From: Octopus sinensis
Taxonomy: Eukaryota
Length of the DNA stretch: 64,000 nucleotides
Direction: 5' to 3'
Assembly (NCBI RefSeq): GCF_006345805.1
Contig: NC_042999.1
Span: 113,584,001 to 113,648,000 of the forward strand
Below, piece after piece: positions 13,305 through 25,990 of this stretch (positions are counted from its first letter, which is position 1; each line of letters begins with the position of its first letter). A program made the translations under genes and the position numbers. The notes beneath the pieces were generated by a model. It searched no databases, was not told the origin of the DNA, and was given only the letters and a program-made list of their open reading frames with translations.

Positions 13305-13525
13305 TTCTTTTCTTTTATTCTTTTGTTTCAGTCATTTGACTGTGGCCATGCTGGAACACCGCCTTTAGTCAAGCAAATCAACCCCAGAACTTATTCTTTG
13401 TCAGCCTAATACTTATTCTATCGGTCTCTTTTACCAAACCACTAAGTTACGGAGAGGGGGAAACACACCAACATCAGTTGTCAAGCAATAGGGGAGTGGG
13501 GTCAAACACAGGCACACAAATACAT
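13305..13525 (-). mobile_element. SINE family A, 3' half, CpG-decayed
   Basis: Reverse complement of the SINE-A tail; runs into the large microsatellite at the position of the SINE's internal (TA/TG)n. Confidence 0.8.
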
Positions 13526-13569
13526 ATAGATATATACATATAATATATATATATATATATTATTATATA

Positions 13570-13602
<33 letters not shown>

Positions 13603-13681
13603 GTATACATATATATATTATACATACATATACATATATATATTATATAATATATATAATATATATATGTATACATACATA

Positions 13682-13723
<42 letters not shown>

Positions 13724-13810
13724 ACATACATTACATATATATATATATATATACATATATATATAATATATACATATATATATATATATAGTATTACATA
13801 CATATACATA

Positions 13811-13845
<35 letters not shown>

Positions 13846-14139
13846 GTTATACACATATACATATTATATATATATATATATATATATTACATATGTATAT
13901 ATATATATACATATGTATACATACATATACATATATTATATATATACATATGTATATATATATACATATGTATAACATACATATACATAATATATATATA
14001 TTACATGTATATATATATATACATATGTATATATATATATGTATACATACATATACATATATATATAATATATACATATGTATATATATATATACATATG
14101 TATATATATATATGTATACATACATATACATATATATAT

Positions 14140-14198
<59 letters not shown>

Positions 14199-14220
14199 CA
14201 CATACACATATATATTTATG
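13525..14220. repeat. Long (TA)n/(TACA) compound microsatellite
   Basis: Directly visible; source of the spurious YI-repeat ORFs. Confidence 0.95.
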
Positions 14221-14459
14221 TTATATTTTGTTATTTTCTGTTACTTGTTTCAGTCATTTCACTGTGGTCACGCTGGTGCACCGCTTTACGTTATATATGT
14301 GTGTTTTTATGAATATTACTAGTTTTTTAATGTTTAACACACTTTTTACAACATTGTAAAATTTTTTTAAAAATACAATGTCAAAAAATGTGAAAACCAG
14401 ACTCTGCTGTAACTTTATTCAACTGATATATTATTCTATACACATTTACACAAATATGG

Positions 14460-14504
<45 letters not shown>

Positions 14505-14505
<1 letters not shown>

Positions 14506-14750
14506 GCGTGTGTTTCACTCATTTGACTGAGGCCATGCTGGAGCGATTTTCAGTATCGAACAAATTGACCCCAGGACTTATTTTTTAAGCTTGGTACTTA
14601 TTCTGTCGGTCTCTTTTGCTGAACCGCTGATTTATGGGGGTCCTAAATACATGAACATTGGGTGTCAAGCAGTGAGGCTGACATTGGTCAGCCCTAGGCT
14701 ATTGAAGAACTGAACACAGAATCATGTGGTTGGGAAGCAAGCTTTGTGTG
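14505..14750 (-). mobile_element. SINE family A, degenerate and internally deleted
   Basis: CATTTGACTGAGGCCATGCTGGAGC...TACTTATTCTGTCGGTCTCTTTTGCTGAACCGCT matches the SINE-A 3' half. Confidence 0.7.
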
Positions 14751-14759
14751 AGTGTATAT

Positions 14760-14807
<48 letters not shown>

Positions 14808-14902
14808 TATATGTATATATATATATATATACGTATATATGTATGTATATGTATACACACATATATATGTATGTATGTATGTATGTGTATATATATATAT
14901 AT

Positions 14903-14938
<36 letters not shown>

Positions 14939-15765
14939 TATATATATATATGCACATACATTAAATGTATATCTGCATGTGCGTGTGTGTGCACGTGCAT
15001 GTATGCGTGTGTCCCTAAAGCAATGGATATAGTCAAATTCAGTTGTTAATGGAAGAATGAAAGATGAAGTTAGCAGGATTTGAACTGAAAACATTTCAAA
15101 ACTAATTTAATTTCTGTAATTATGATACTCCTATTAAAAATTTAAAAAACTGATGACATCTAACATTGGCACAAACATCATATTTTCAGAGATTATAGTG
15201 TATGATATACACTTGGGTACTAGAATTGTACCTATTTTACTGATCCTGAAATGATGAAAGACAAAGGTTGCACATATATACATGCTGCATATAAGCACAC
15301 ACACACATGCACACAAAATTATGTATATGTATATACATATGTGATTATGTATATGTATGTATAAATATATATATGAATATATAAATACATATATATGTAT
15401 AAATATATATATAAAATTATGTATATCTATATCTATATGTGTGTGTGTATATTTATATTTATATATATATATAATTATGTATATATATGTATATATGTAT
15501 AACTACATAAATAAAAATAATTTCAATCCACATTAACATCTAATGTCCTCCATTTAGGAAAAATATGATTGAATTTGTTTAACTTTGCTTTATAAGTTAA
15601 ATCATATACTTAATATACTTATATAAATTTTCATATCTATGCTAATTTACACCAGTAAATTAAAGTAAAGTATGAAGAAACAATGTTAGAAATCTTTTGG
15701 AAACTCTCCAATTAAAAGATGCATTCACATTCAACCCTTTATATATATATATATATATATATAAT

Positions 15766-15796
<31 letters not shown>

Positions 15797-15949
15797 ATAA
15801 ATATATATATATATTATATATATTATACATACATACATACATATATATATATTAACTTATACATGTATACATAATTTTATATATATATTTGTATGTGTGT
15901 ATATATATATATAATATATACACACATACACACACTCATATATATATAG

Positions 15950-16145
15950 TTAATCCAAACAAGAAAGCACAAAAAAAAACACAACAACGCGAGGACGTGG
16001 AACAAATATGGTATTATTGGACGCTCAGGAAAGAAGGAGGGTTTAACGTTTCAAGCGGAGCTCTTCGTCGGAAACATAGGAGAAGGAAAGATCCAGAGAA
16101 GGGAGGACAGAGGAAAAAAAATCACCAACGGTATACACGAGGTCA
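15950..16145 (-). mobile_element. ~195-bp hammerhead-bearing short element (Penelope-terminal-repeat or retrozyme-like) embedded in (TA)n
   Basis: Contains a minimal hammerhead motif followed by TTCCTGAGCG..TAATAC, also present in the related element at 40495-40670. Confidence 0.6.
16041..16075 (-). ncRNA. Minimal type I hammerhead ribozyme motif (U4C variant)
   Basis: GTTT CCGACGA A GAGC TCC GCTT GAA ACGT T AAAC: stem I GTTT/AAAC, stem II GAGC/GCTT, palindromic stem III ACGT. Confidence 0.6.
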
Positions 16146-16218
16146 CATGTACATATAAATATACATAATTTTATATATATATTTATATATATAAATATAC
16201 ATAATCTTATATATATAC

Positions 16219-16255
<37 letters not shown>

Positions 16256-16292
16256 TATATACATATAAATATACGTAATTTTATATATATAT

Positions 16293-16358
<66 letters not shown>

Positions 16359-16505
16359 TTATATATACATATATATATGCATACATTTATATATACATAT
16401 AATTATATAATTATGTATATTTATATATATATAATTATGTACATTTACATGCATTATCCTGGCCTCTTCAAATGCTTTCACTCCACTCCACACTTTTGTT
16501 CACCA

Positions 16506-16666
16506 GGTGCAGGAGTGGCTGTGTTGTAAGTCACTTGCTTACCAACCATATGTTTCCAGGTTTAGTCCCACCGCGTGTCACCTTAGGCAAGTGTCTTCTA
16601 CTATAGCCTTGGGCCGATCAAAACTTTGTGAGTTGATTTGGTAGATGGAAACTGAAAGAAGCCCAA

Positions 16667-16702
<36 letters not shown>

Positions 16703-16935
16703 TGCGTGAGTGTGGGGGTTTGAGTGCCTCTGTTTGTCTCCCCAGCATTGCTTGACAACCGATGCTGGTGTGTTTATGCCCTCGTAACTTAGCAGTTCAG
16801 CAAAGGACCCAATAGAATAAGTACTAGGCTTACAATAAATAAGTCCTGAGGTCGATTTGCTCGACTAAAGGTGGTGCTCCAGCATGACTGCAGTCAAATG
16901 ACTAAAACAAATAAAAGAAAAGTAAAAGAATAAAA
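16506..16935 (+). mobile_element. SINE family A, full length, with internal microsatellite
   Basis: tRNA-like head, CORE-like CACCTTAGGCAAGTGTCTT, internal (TA)n, 3' GGTGCTCCAGCATGACTGCAGTCAAATGACT and (TAAAAGA)n tail. Confidence 0.8.
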
Positions 16936-17069
16936 GGATATATAATTATATAATTATGCATATTTATATATATATATATAATTATATATATTTATATATA
17001 TATGTGTGCGTGTGTATGTATGTATGTATGTATGTATGTATGTATGTATGTATGTATGTATGTATGTAT

Positions 17070-17818
17070 AGAACAACTCCAACACAGATGTCCTTGCTTC
17101 TGCAGGCATCACCTCAATTAAAGCTATGATTTTGAGGAACCAAATGAGATGGTGTGGCCATATTGTTCAAATGGCAGATGAACGCATGCTGAAGCAGCTG
17201 TTTTATGATGAGCTTGCAGACCGGGAAACACTATCAGTGTAAACCTAAAAAAAGTTTTAAGTTCAGCATAAGGACTACAATAAAGTCACTTGGAATGGAT
17301 CCAGAAGACATAAAATCCATTGCTTTGGATTCAGTTGGATGGTAAACAAAAGTGTGGAGTGGAGTGAAAGCATTTGAAGAGGCCAGGATAACACATGTAA
17401 AACTCAAAGGAGATCTAAGGAAGAATGTTATGATCAAGAAGGTGCATGACAATGACCTTTTTGTTTGCACAGTCTGTGACAGACCATGCCTTTCTTTTGT
17501 TGTGCTCAAATCTCATTTACAAACCCATGGAAAACGAACCTCCAATAACTATTCTGCCTATATTTCTGTGCACACCTTTGAATGCAGTGTATGCCAGTAG
17601 GTTTGCAAATCTAACAGAAACCTCAAAAGACATTTTAAGATTCACAAAGATCAGACCTTATCTGCAACTCTTGGTGATCCAAATCAGGTGTGTAATTTAT
17701 GTGGGTGTTTTTTCAGAACATTGTCTGGTTTAAAAAGCCTCATCAGATGCCATGATGGTGCTAAGGTGTAGGTACAGGAGGTAGTCAAACTCTGCATAAC
17801 GAGTAGACAGCCACTATA
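17070..17818 (+). mobile_element. RTE (BovB-like) LINE 3' fragment with three C-terminal C2H2 zinc fingers
   Basis: ILRNQMRWCGHIVQMADERMLKQLFYDELA, then CTVCDRPCLSFVVLKSHLQTH, CSVCQ*VCKSNRNLKRHFKIH and CNLCGCFFRTLSGLKSLIRCH. Confidence 0.8.
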
Positions 17819-18159
17819 TATATATATATATATATATATCAAAGAATAAAACATAAAAACATAAAAGAATAAAATAATATACTCTGAAAAATACTCTAAA
17901 AATAATAATATTATAAGGACAGTTGAAGTTAAGGGGAGATAATAATTAGAAATGGGGCTAATCGTAAAGCTAGCTATAAATGAAGTTTTAAAGTGTTGTA
18001 GATTTTGAGATTTATGTTACATAAATGTGGCCTGTCTATTTATTTAAAGGTAATATTGTTTAATAAATTCTTAGTTCTTAGTATATACGTATATAATACT
18101 ACTATAAATACTATTAAAACTTCTACTAACTATATTCATAAGTGTATGGAGATGATATG

Positions 18160-18916
18160 CTGGTTTTAAAAAAAAATTCATAATTTTTTCAATTTTATCA
18201 CACGTAAAGCTATTCCTATGTCAGCATTTTATTCCTCTCTCTTCATTACTGTTTAATAATAATTATCTCGACTGGCGTATTTTCATAAACTTTGTTGTAC
18301 ATAATAAGCACGTTTTGTTATTTTATATGAGTTCGCTGTACAAATAATAAACCAATTAAGGGTGTATTCTATTTTATTAGATACTAGCAGTATCGCCCGG
18401 CGTTGCTCGGGTTTGTAAGGGAAATAACTATATAAGAATTTTTAGAGATGTAAAGTATAATAGCCATCTCAATATGGTTAACCACAAAGGGGGGTGTTAC
18501 TGTAGCTTTTTACGTTCTGAGATTTAATAATACATTTTTAGAGAGTTACTTCCCTTATATAAACCGAGCGAAAATGCATTAAAAATGCGGAAAAATTGTT
18601 AATTTTTTTTTAAATCGTAGACTCATCGTAGACGCGCGCTAATACCCAGAAGGGCTCGATATGAATCACGACTATAAGATACCCGCTTTTGGTTACACTG
18701 CACCGCAAAATATGGGAGTAGTTAGGAATCTAAATCGTAGGAGACAGACACACAACTTCACTTTTATATATAAAGATTAACTCCTATATGTATTTACTTA
18801 GACTTGTAGAATATTTTAATTTGGAATTTTTGAAAGACTGATAATGCTGGGAAATTCTTTTTTAAATTTCGTTCGCTGTGGATTCACTATATTCCTTAAT
18901 ATTAATATTGTTATTA

Positions 18917-18967
<51 letters not shown>

Positions 18968-19370
18968 GAGGTTACTATACATCTATAAATTACGTTTTCT
19001 AGATTGCAATTATTATTTAACCTATATTTGGATATGTCTTTACATGTGCATTTATTTAAAACACGGTTATGTTTATTATTTGTGATAGTTCTCATATGGT
19101 TAATATTAGTTTAATTCGTTTAATTTGAAATTGTTTATTGAGGATATAATATTACTTACATTCCTTGTAGAATATTTTCAATTATTTTATTTGATATAAT
19201 TTTCTCTGCATATACCATACCATGAGGTTATTCTGAAATACGAATTTCTTATCCGTTGGTAAATATCCCAAATTAGTATATATTTTTTACATTTCTTTAA
19301 AAAATATACTTTTTACATTTCATTAGAAAAGTGTAAATTAGTAAACTTCCTGATAACTGGGTACACTTGT
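18160..19370 (-). mobile_element. Penelope-like element, degenerate GIY-YIG region, interrupted by (AAT)n and a HINE
   Basis: NKCTCKDISKYRLNNNCNLENVIYRCIVTS...KEYSESTANEI*KRISQHYQSFKNSKLKYSTSLSKYI, resuming after the HINE as NKIEYTLNWFII. Confidence 0.7.
18378..18777 (+). mobile_element. Non-autonomous Helitron/Helentron-like element (HINE/DINE-1 type)
   Basis: 5' ACTAGCAGTATCGCCCGGCGTTGCTCGGG and 3' GACAGACACAC...CTTTTATATATAAAGAT termini, shared with the element at 32073-33260. Confidence 0.65.
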
Positions 19371-19395
19371 TATTCCCTAATGTATTATATATATA

Positions 19396-19513
<118 letters not shown>

Positions 19514-19576
19514 TATGCATATATACATATATACAGCGATACACATATATATATACATATATCGATATATATATAT

Positions 19577-19654
<78 letters not shown>

Positions 19655-19657
<3 letters not shown>

Positions 19658-20188
19658 AATAAATGAAAGAATGGAGTTGAACGACGAATTAACAAAATTC
19701 CTTTATTTTCGACATATGTTTCGAAGGCTGCATATTCCTAATTTCGAAGGAATAAGGGGTGCATTAAGCCGCCTTCTCATCAGGAAAAACAAGGAACTTA
19801 TGTCAGCATCAAGATGCACAAAAACTTTTAGATGACTGCCCACACGGAGCCCATAGCGATAATGAGTGTTTCTTTAAAATATTCCGTTATAAGCAGTGAC
19901 GTCAAAAATGGTTGAATGTAGAAGATTCTAGAAGGTTCAAGGGTTCAAACAAGGTTGGAGGAGAGAGATCTAAGAATAGGAAGGTGATAGGGTGCAGGTC
20001 ATATGAATGGTGATTTTGTTGTTTTCTTTTGTGAATGAGTGCCTATGTGTGTGTATGTATATAACTACATTAATGTCTATGTGTGTGTATGTGTGTGCGT
20101 GATTGTGTGTGTGGTTGGATAGATGCCAAAAACAGACAGTGGTGAAGTGACAGGTTTGTGTCTGTGTGTTTGATTGTGCTTACGATAG

Positions 20189-20233
<45 letters not shown>

Positions 20234-20773
20234 GAGGGCGAGGTATAGAGACAAAGGTAAAACATACCTCAATGGATTGGGTAGTAGTCCTTTAAGAGTA
20301 TAAAAATTGACAATGGAGGTGATATATAAATGGGACTATATTATTAAAATTCAAGGAGGTTATCTATATTAATCATTATTCATATGAGTGAAGGGTGTGT
20401 TTTTGCCAGTGCATGCACCTATAGGATTTCTCGACCATTGTATTTATTTGGCGAACAATATATGGAAAAGTTCGGAATTACAGACGCCACAAAATTTTCT
20501 GCCCTTATCAAACGGAAAGGATACCGACAATATGGACCATTCCAGCTTGAAAGTTGTATTGCTGTCCTTAAGACGCCAAACTAATTTACTTAGTCCTGTG
20601 CTGTGTTGTTTTCTCTTATCTCGGAAAGTTGAATAATGATTGGAGATCCTGTGGGCTAATTTAGAAGTAGTTGCCCCAATGTAGAAGAAGACATCGGTAC
20701 CGGAAGAAATTTTGCACTGGTAAATGGAATTTCTATTTTTGGAATTGCTGGATAAGAACTTTAATCTCAACTA

Positions 20774-20775
<2 letters not shown>
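19655..20775 (-). mobile_element. Penelope-like element 3' part (GIY-YIG endonuclease and terminal region)
   Basis: ORF 20444-20770: SIYQCKISSGTDVFFYIGATTSKLAHRISNHYSTF...LEWSIL...CGVCNSE; downstream hammerhead motif. Confidence 0.85.
19706..19788 (-). ncRNA. Type I hammerhead ribozyme, intact core, extended stem II
   Basis: TTTTC CTGATGA GAAGGC...GCCTTC GAA ACATATGT C GAAAA; predicted cleavage after GUC, between 19711 and 19710. Confidence 0.8.
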
Positions 20776-20831
<56 letters not shown>

Positions 20832-20883
20832 CACCATACATATATGTACATATACACACATACATATATGTACATATATATAT

Positions 20884-21127
20884 CAGGTCATCCCATAAAT
20901 TCTGTCCGATTTTACTTTTTTTAAATTGAATGAAATTTAATAGTATTTTAGGATGTCTAATGGAATTAAAAATTATTTTTATGCATTTGTGTACATTTAA
21001 ACTAATTAAATATTATTTCACACAATACTAGAATTAAAATTTCTTTATTAAAACTCTTTCTAGTATGGAAGTATCCAAAGGGCGTTTCAGGCACATAATG
21101 CTTTATGAGTACAAAAAAGGAAACATG
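20884..21127 (+). mobile_element. Mariner transposon 5' fragment
   Basis: TIR-like CAGGTCATCCCATAAATTCTGTCCG and transposase start [20 protein letters not shown], which runs into a microsatellite. Confidence 0.7.
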
Positions 21128-21465
21128 CATATATATATACGTATATATACATATATACGTATATATATATACATACATATATATACATACACATACATAC
21201 ATACATACATACATATGTATCTATACATACAAATATATATATATATATATCCATACATATACATATACATATACATACATGTATATATAAATACATATAT
21301 TTATATACATATATATATGCATAGATATATATATACATATATATATGCATACATACATATACATATACATACATGCATATATAAATACATATATATATAT
21401 ACATATATATATGCATATATATATATACATATATATATGCATACATATATATATATACATTCATA

Positions 21466-21496
<31 letters not shown>

Positions 21497-21715
21497 GTAT
21501 ATATATACATATATATTTATTCATAGATATACATAGATATATGCATACATATAGATATACATAGATATATACATACATATATACATAAATATATGCATAC
21601 ATATATACATACATATATATATATACAAATATATATATACAAATATATATATACAAATATATATATATACGAATATATATATATATACATACATACATAT
21701 ATATACAAACATATG
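21127..21715. repeat. (TA)/(TACA) compound microsatellite
   Basis: Directly visible. Confidence 0.95.
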
Positions 21716-22722
21716 AGAAAGATGTAGAGTTCAAGGCAAATCAAGGATTATTCGTGAGATTTAAGGAGCGAAGAAGTTATCAATCCATTAAGAAGCAAGG
21801 TGAAAGTGCAACAGCTGACGAACAAGCAGCAACGGAATTTCCTAATGCATTAAAGTAAATCATCGAAGAAAATGGGTTTCTTCCCGAACAGATTTTTAGC
21901 GTAGACGTAACTGGATTGTACTGGAAAAAATTGCAGACCGTTCATTCATTTCTAAGGAGAAAACTGTTCCAGGCTACAAGGTTTCAAAAGAACCTGTGAC
22001 CATTATGCTAGGAGGTAATTGTGCAGGAGATTTTAAGTATCATGCACACAACCCCGTGCCCTGAAGAACATACCCAAGACATCTCTCCCTGTTATATGAA
22101 TGACTAATTCGACGTTTTTCCAAGACTATGGGTCTTGTCACGAAGCTTTTGCTCCTTATAATGTAATCCTCGAGGAAAAGAAGACAGTTCAAGAAACTCT
22201 CAACCGTTTTTTAAGCGCACCGAACAACAAGAACAGCCAGAGTCAGCTGTTAATGTTGACGATCCACAGCCATCTACATCTGCGATGTAAACCACCAAAT
22301 TGTATGTACGTATTGGTAAATTTAAAATAATTTAGTTTTTTTCTTTTTACAATAATTACTGAATTTGCTTTTTAAGCTTAAAAAATGCTTTTATTTTAAC
22401 AGGTCTTATTGCAAACCGCATTCATAAATAAAGCGTCCGCGATGTACGTAAACACTGCCAAATTGTATTCATAAATTTAGATTACTTTTTTTTTTTTACT
22501 GTACTATATTAAAAAATTAAAATTATCTGTGAGCTTAAAATAGGGTTTTTATTAACCATGTATTTTTGAAAATGCATTCATAAATAAAGTTCAGAACTGG
22601 GAATGGTTATTATCTGTTTAGCCTAGAGACAAGTAAATTCGGCCTAGCCTAGCCTAGAGACAAGTTAATTCGACTTAAGTCGTGTCTCCTAGTACCAATT
22701 AACGACGTAAGGTGACGTATAT
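21715..22722 (+). mobile_element. pogo/Tigger transposon remnant, internally deleted
   Basis: [16 protein letters not shown]...[15 protein letters not shown]...EQIFSVDVTGLYWKK...VTIMLGGNCAGDFK...NPRALKNIPKTSLPV; Tigger-like right end near 22700. Confidence 0.75.
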
Positions 22723-22998
22723 AGTTATGTATGTGTATATATATATATATAATATGAGGGAATATTATTCCAAACTTACAGGGGAAAATTCAATTTAGAA
22801 ATACTAAATCAAATTTCACAAAATATTATATATATATAAATTAGAAAAAAAAACACCTTTTATCAATTCAAAAGGAAAAATTAAACTACACCATCTAGAA
22901 AATTACATATAATAGAAAGATTAAATATAAGATAAAAAAATATAACGATGATTAAGTAATGTGCAAAATAATAAATAAAACGTATATATTTGGTAGAA

Positions 22999-23105
22999 TA
23001 ACGACGCGTGTTTCGTGGCTCTATTTAAGAAATGATTATAATAAAAATATTAGTAGTAGTAGTAGTAAAATCACTTCAATATAAATATAGCCACTCATCA
23101 GGTTA
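22999..23105 (-). ncRNA. Type I hammerhead ribozyme in an AT-rich Penelope-like terminal fragment (~22770-23540)
   Basis: TAAC CTGATGA GTGGCT...AGCCAC GAA ACACGCGT C GTTA; loop II contains a (TAC)n run. Confidence 0.7.
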
Positions 23106-23177
23106 AATATAACTACAATAATAAAATAATTAATTAATAAATATACGTAAATAATCTTTTAAAAAATAAATATATTC

Positions 23178-23245
<68 letters not shown>

Positions 23246-23575
23246 CGATACAAAATATACCTTAAATGAAAACTAAATACAACACTTTAAACTATATACA
23301 TTAAATCAAATTATTAAGTAATATATTTATTTAATAAGCATCCAAATAAAGTATAATACCCATTAAGCAATTAATACTAAAACCTTAATATTAATTAATA
23401 CACACAATGCTAGTACAAGCCATAAATACTGGAATACATGTAGGGATAAGACTACATATAAATTTAATAATAATTGTAATTTAGATAATGTAGTCTATAA
23501 GTGTATGGTAAATATAATAGATGATAAGATATTGAATTATCATAATTAAATACTATTTATATAGGGTCCACTTCG

Positions 23576-23577
<2 letters not shown>

Positions 23578-23649
<72 letters not shown>

Positions 23650-23680
23650 GTATATATGTATATATATATATGTATATATG

Positions 23681-23754
<74 letters not shown>

Positions 23755-23848
23755 TATGTATATAGTATATATATATATGTATATATGTTATATATATATG
23801 TATATATATATATATATGTATATATGTATATATATATGTATATATGTA

Positions 23849-23879
<31 letters not shown>

Positions 23880-23918
23880 ATATATATATGTATATATGTA
23901 TATATATGTATATATGTA

Positions 23919-23974
<56 letters not shown>

Positions 23975-24115
23975 TATATACATATATACATATATATACA
24001 CATATATATACATATATATATACATGCACATATATATATATATTATATATTCATATATGTACATACATACATATATTCATATATATACATACATAAATAC
24101 ATATATACATACATC
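23578..24115. repeat. Long (TA)n(TG) compound microsatellite
   Basis: Directly visible. Confidence 0.95.
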
Positions 24116-24117
24116 TC

Positions 24118-24526
24118 TTTTTACTCTTTTACTCTTTTACTTGTTTCAGTTATTTGACTGCGGCCATGCTGGAGCACCGCCTTTAGTCGAGCAAATCGAC
24201 CCCGGGACTTATTCTTTGTAAGCCCAGTACTTATTCTATCGGTCTTTTTTGCCGAACCGCTAAGTGACGGGGACGTAAACACACCAGCATCGGTTGTCAA
24301 GCAATGCTAGGGGGACAAACACAGATGCACAAACATACACACACATACATACATATATATATATACGACAGGCTTCTTTCAGTTTCCGTCTACCAAATCC
24401 ACTTACAAGGCATTGGTCGACCCGAGGCTATAGCAGAAGACACTTGCCCAAGATGCCACGCAGTGGGACTGAATCCGGAACCATGTGGTTGGTAAGCAAG
24501 CTACTTACCACACAGCCACTCCTGCG

Positions 24527-24527
<1 letters not shown>
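24118..24527 (-). mobile_element. SINE family A, full length, CpG-intact
   Basis: Reverse complement of the 16506-16935 element, including the internal (TA/TG)n and the TAAAAGAG tail. Confidence 0.85.
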
Positions 24528-24572
<45 letters not shown>

Positions 24573-24619
24573 AATGGATGTGTATATTGTTTAAAATTAA
24601 CACGGAAAAAGTAGATAAA

Positions 24620-25990
24620 CAGTTACCAGGGCAGCAAGAAATCACACAAGTAATAAGGACATAACACCCTGTTTGTAAAGGTAGAAACTCCGGGTTGATG
24701 TGAAATATTTTGTATAAGATATATAAATAAATGGAGCTAAATGCAGGTGTTATTCAAATTCTTTTACTTTTGCCATATGTTCCGAAGACAACATTGGTAT
24801 TATTCCAAAATAATAAAATGGTGTGAAACAACATAATCTTCTCATCAGGGAAAGAAAGAAAGAAACCAAACTCATCAATAAGACATTTTAACAGAATGTG
24901 ATGAATGTGTATAATGATGAACGGGACAATATTAAGTTTTTTAAAAAAACCTGTGAGAAGATATAACGTCAAAGGTAGCCTATAGAAAGAGGAAGGGTAA
25001 AGGAAAGGAATAAGCAGAAAACTAATAAAGGAGAAATATAGAGTGTTATGTGAATTATAATAAAGTTAAAGTCCTCAATTGTAACTCTGAAGTAACACAA
25101 CCAGCAGGTGGAAAAAAGGTCAGTGACTATTTCATTTGAGTTTACGAGCATGGAAATAACAAGATTACGAGAGCAAAAGAACTGGGCAGGAGACATGAAA
25201 TAATAACTGACTCAAATCTACCCCCCAAGGAACTTTGGAAAATCCTATTCGATACTACAACAAAACCAAAAATAAATCAGTTCACTGAGAAGGTTGTACA
25301 CGGGTACTTGATATGAAAAACCCTGACCAGAGAATGAATAAATCACGCTAAAGTCCTAGAAGAGAGTACCAACAAGTTTTTAACATCTAATTTGGAAGTT
25401 CGTCTCCGAGCAAACCAGAAGTGTCCCATCAAGTGTCTTCTGCATAGGAGACAAAGATCACCAGCTGACAACTAATGTAGGCTGTGCAAATCCAACACCA
25501 AATTTATTAGCAACATTGCTGCCTGCTATAATAGAAGGACCTCCAAATACTATCCTCTCATGATGCGTGAAGACAGAAATTGAATGAAAACGAAACATAT
25601 GGCAACAAAGATGAATATATTGAGATCGGCAAGTGAATAGATTATTGATGGAATCTAAAATAAAAATAACCAGGCTGATATTGTTGTCTGGAACCACAAC
25701 CGAAAAACATGTTCTCTTGTGAAAGTAATCTGTCCATTTAACACCAATGTGATAAGAAAAATAAAGAGTTTGCAAATATATCATCAAAATGAGATATTTG
25801 TAAATTTAGTTCCCAAATGCACTTCCACTTTTATACCATTTATTATTGGAGTGGTAGGTTATGTTTCATCCCTCTTCGATCAAATATGGCTGACTTGGAT
25901 TTATAATTCAAGCACTGCTGATGACAACGCTATCTAGAATAATAAAACTCTGCAGAATCTTCCAAAAATTTTTAATTGCCAGTCATAATC
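24620..25990 (+). mobile_element. Highly degenerate RLE-type non-LTR retrotransposon 3' part (R4/CRE/NeSL-like)
   Basis: Fragments DIVVWNHNRKTCSLVKVICPFNTNVIRKIK and FIPFIIGVVGYV resemble a PD-(D/E)xK restriction-like endonuclease. Confidence 0.55.
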
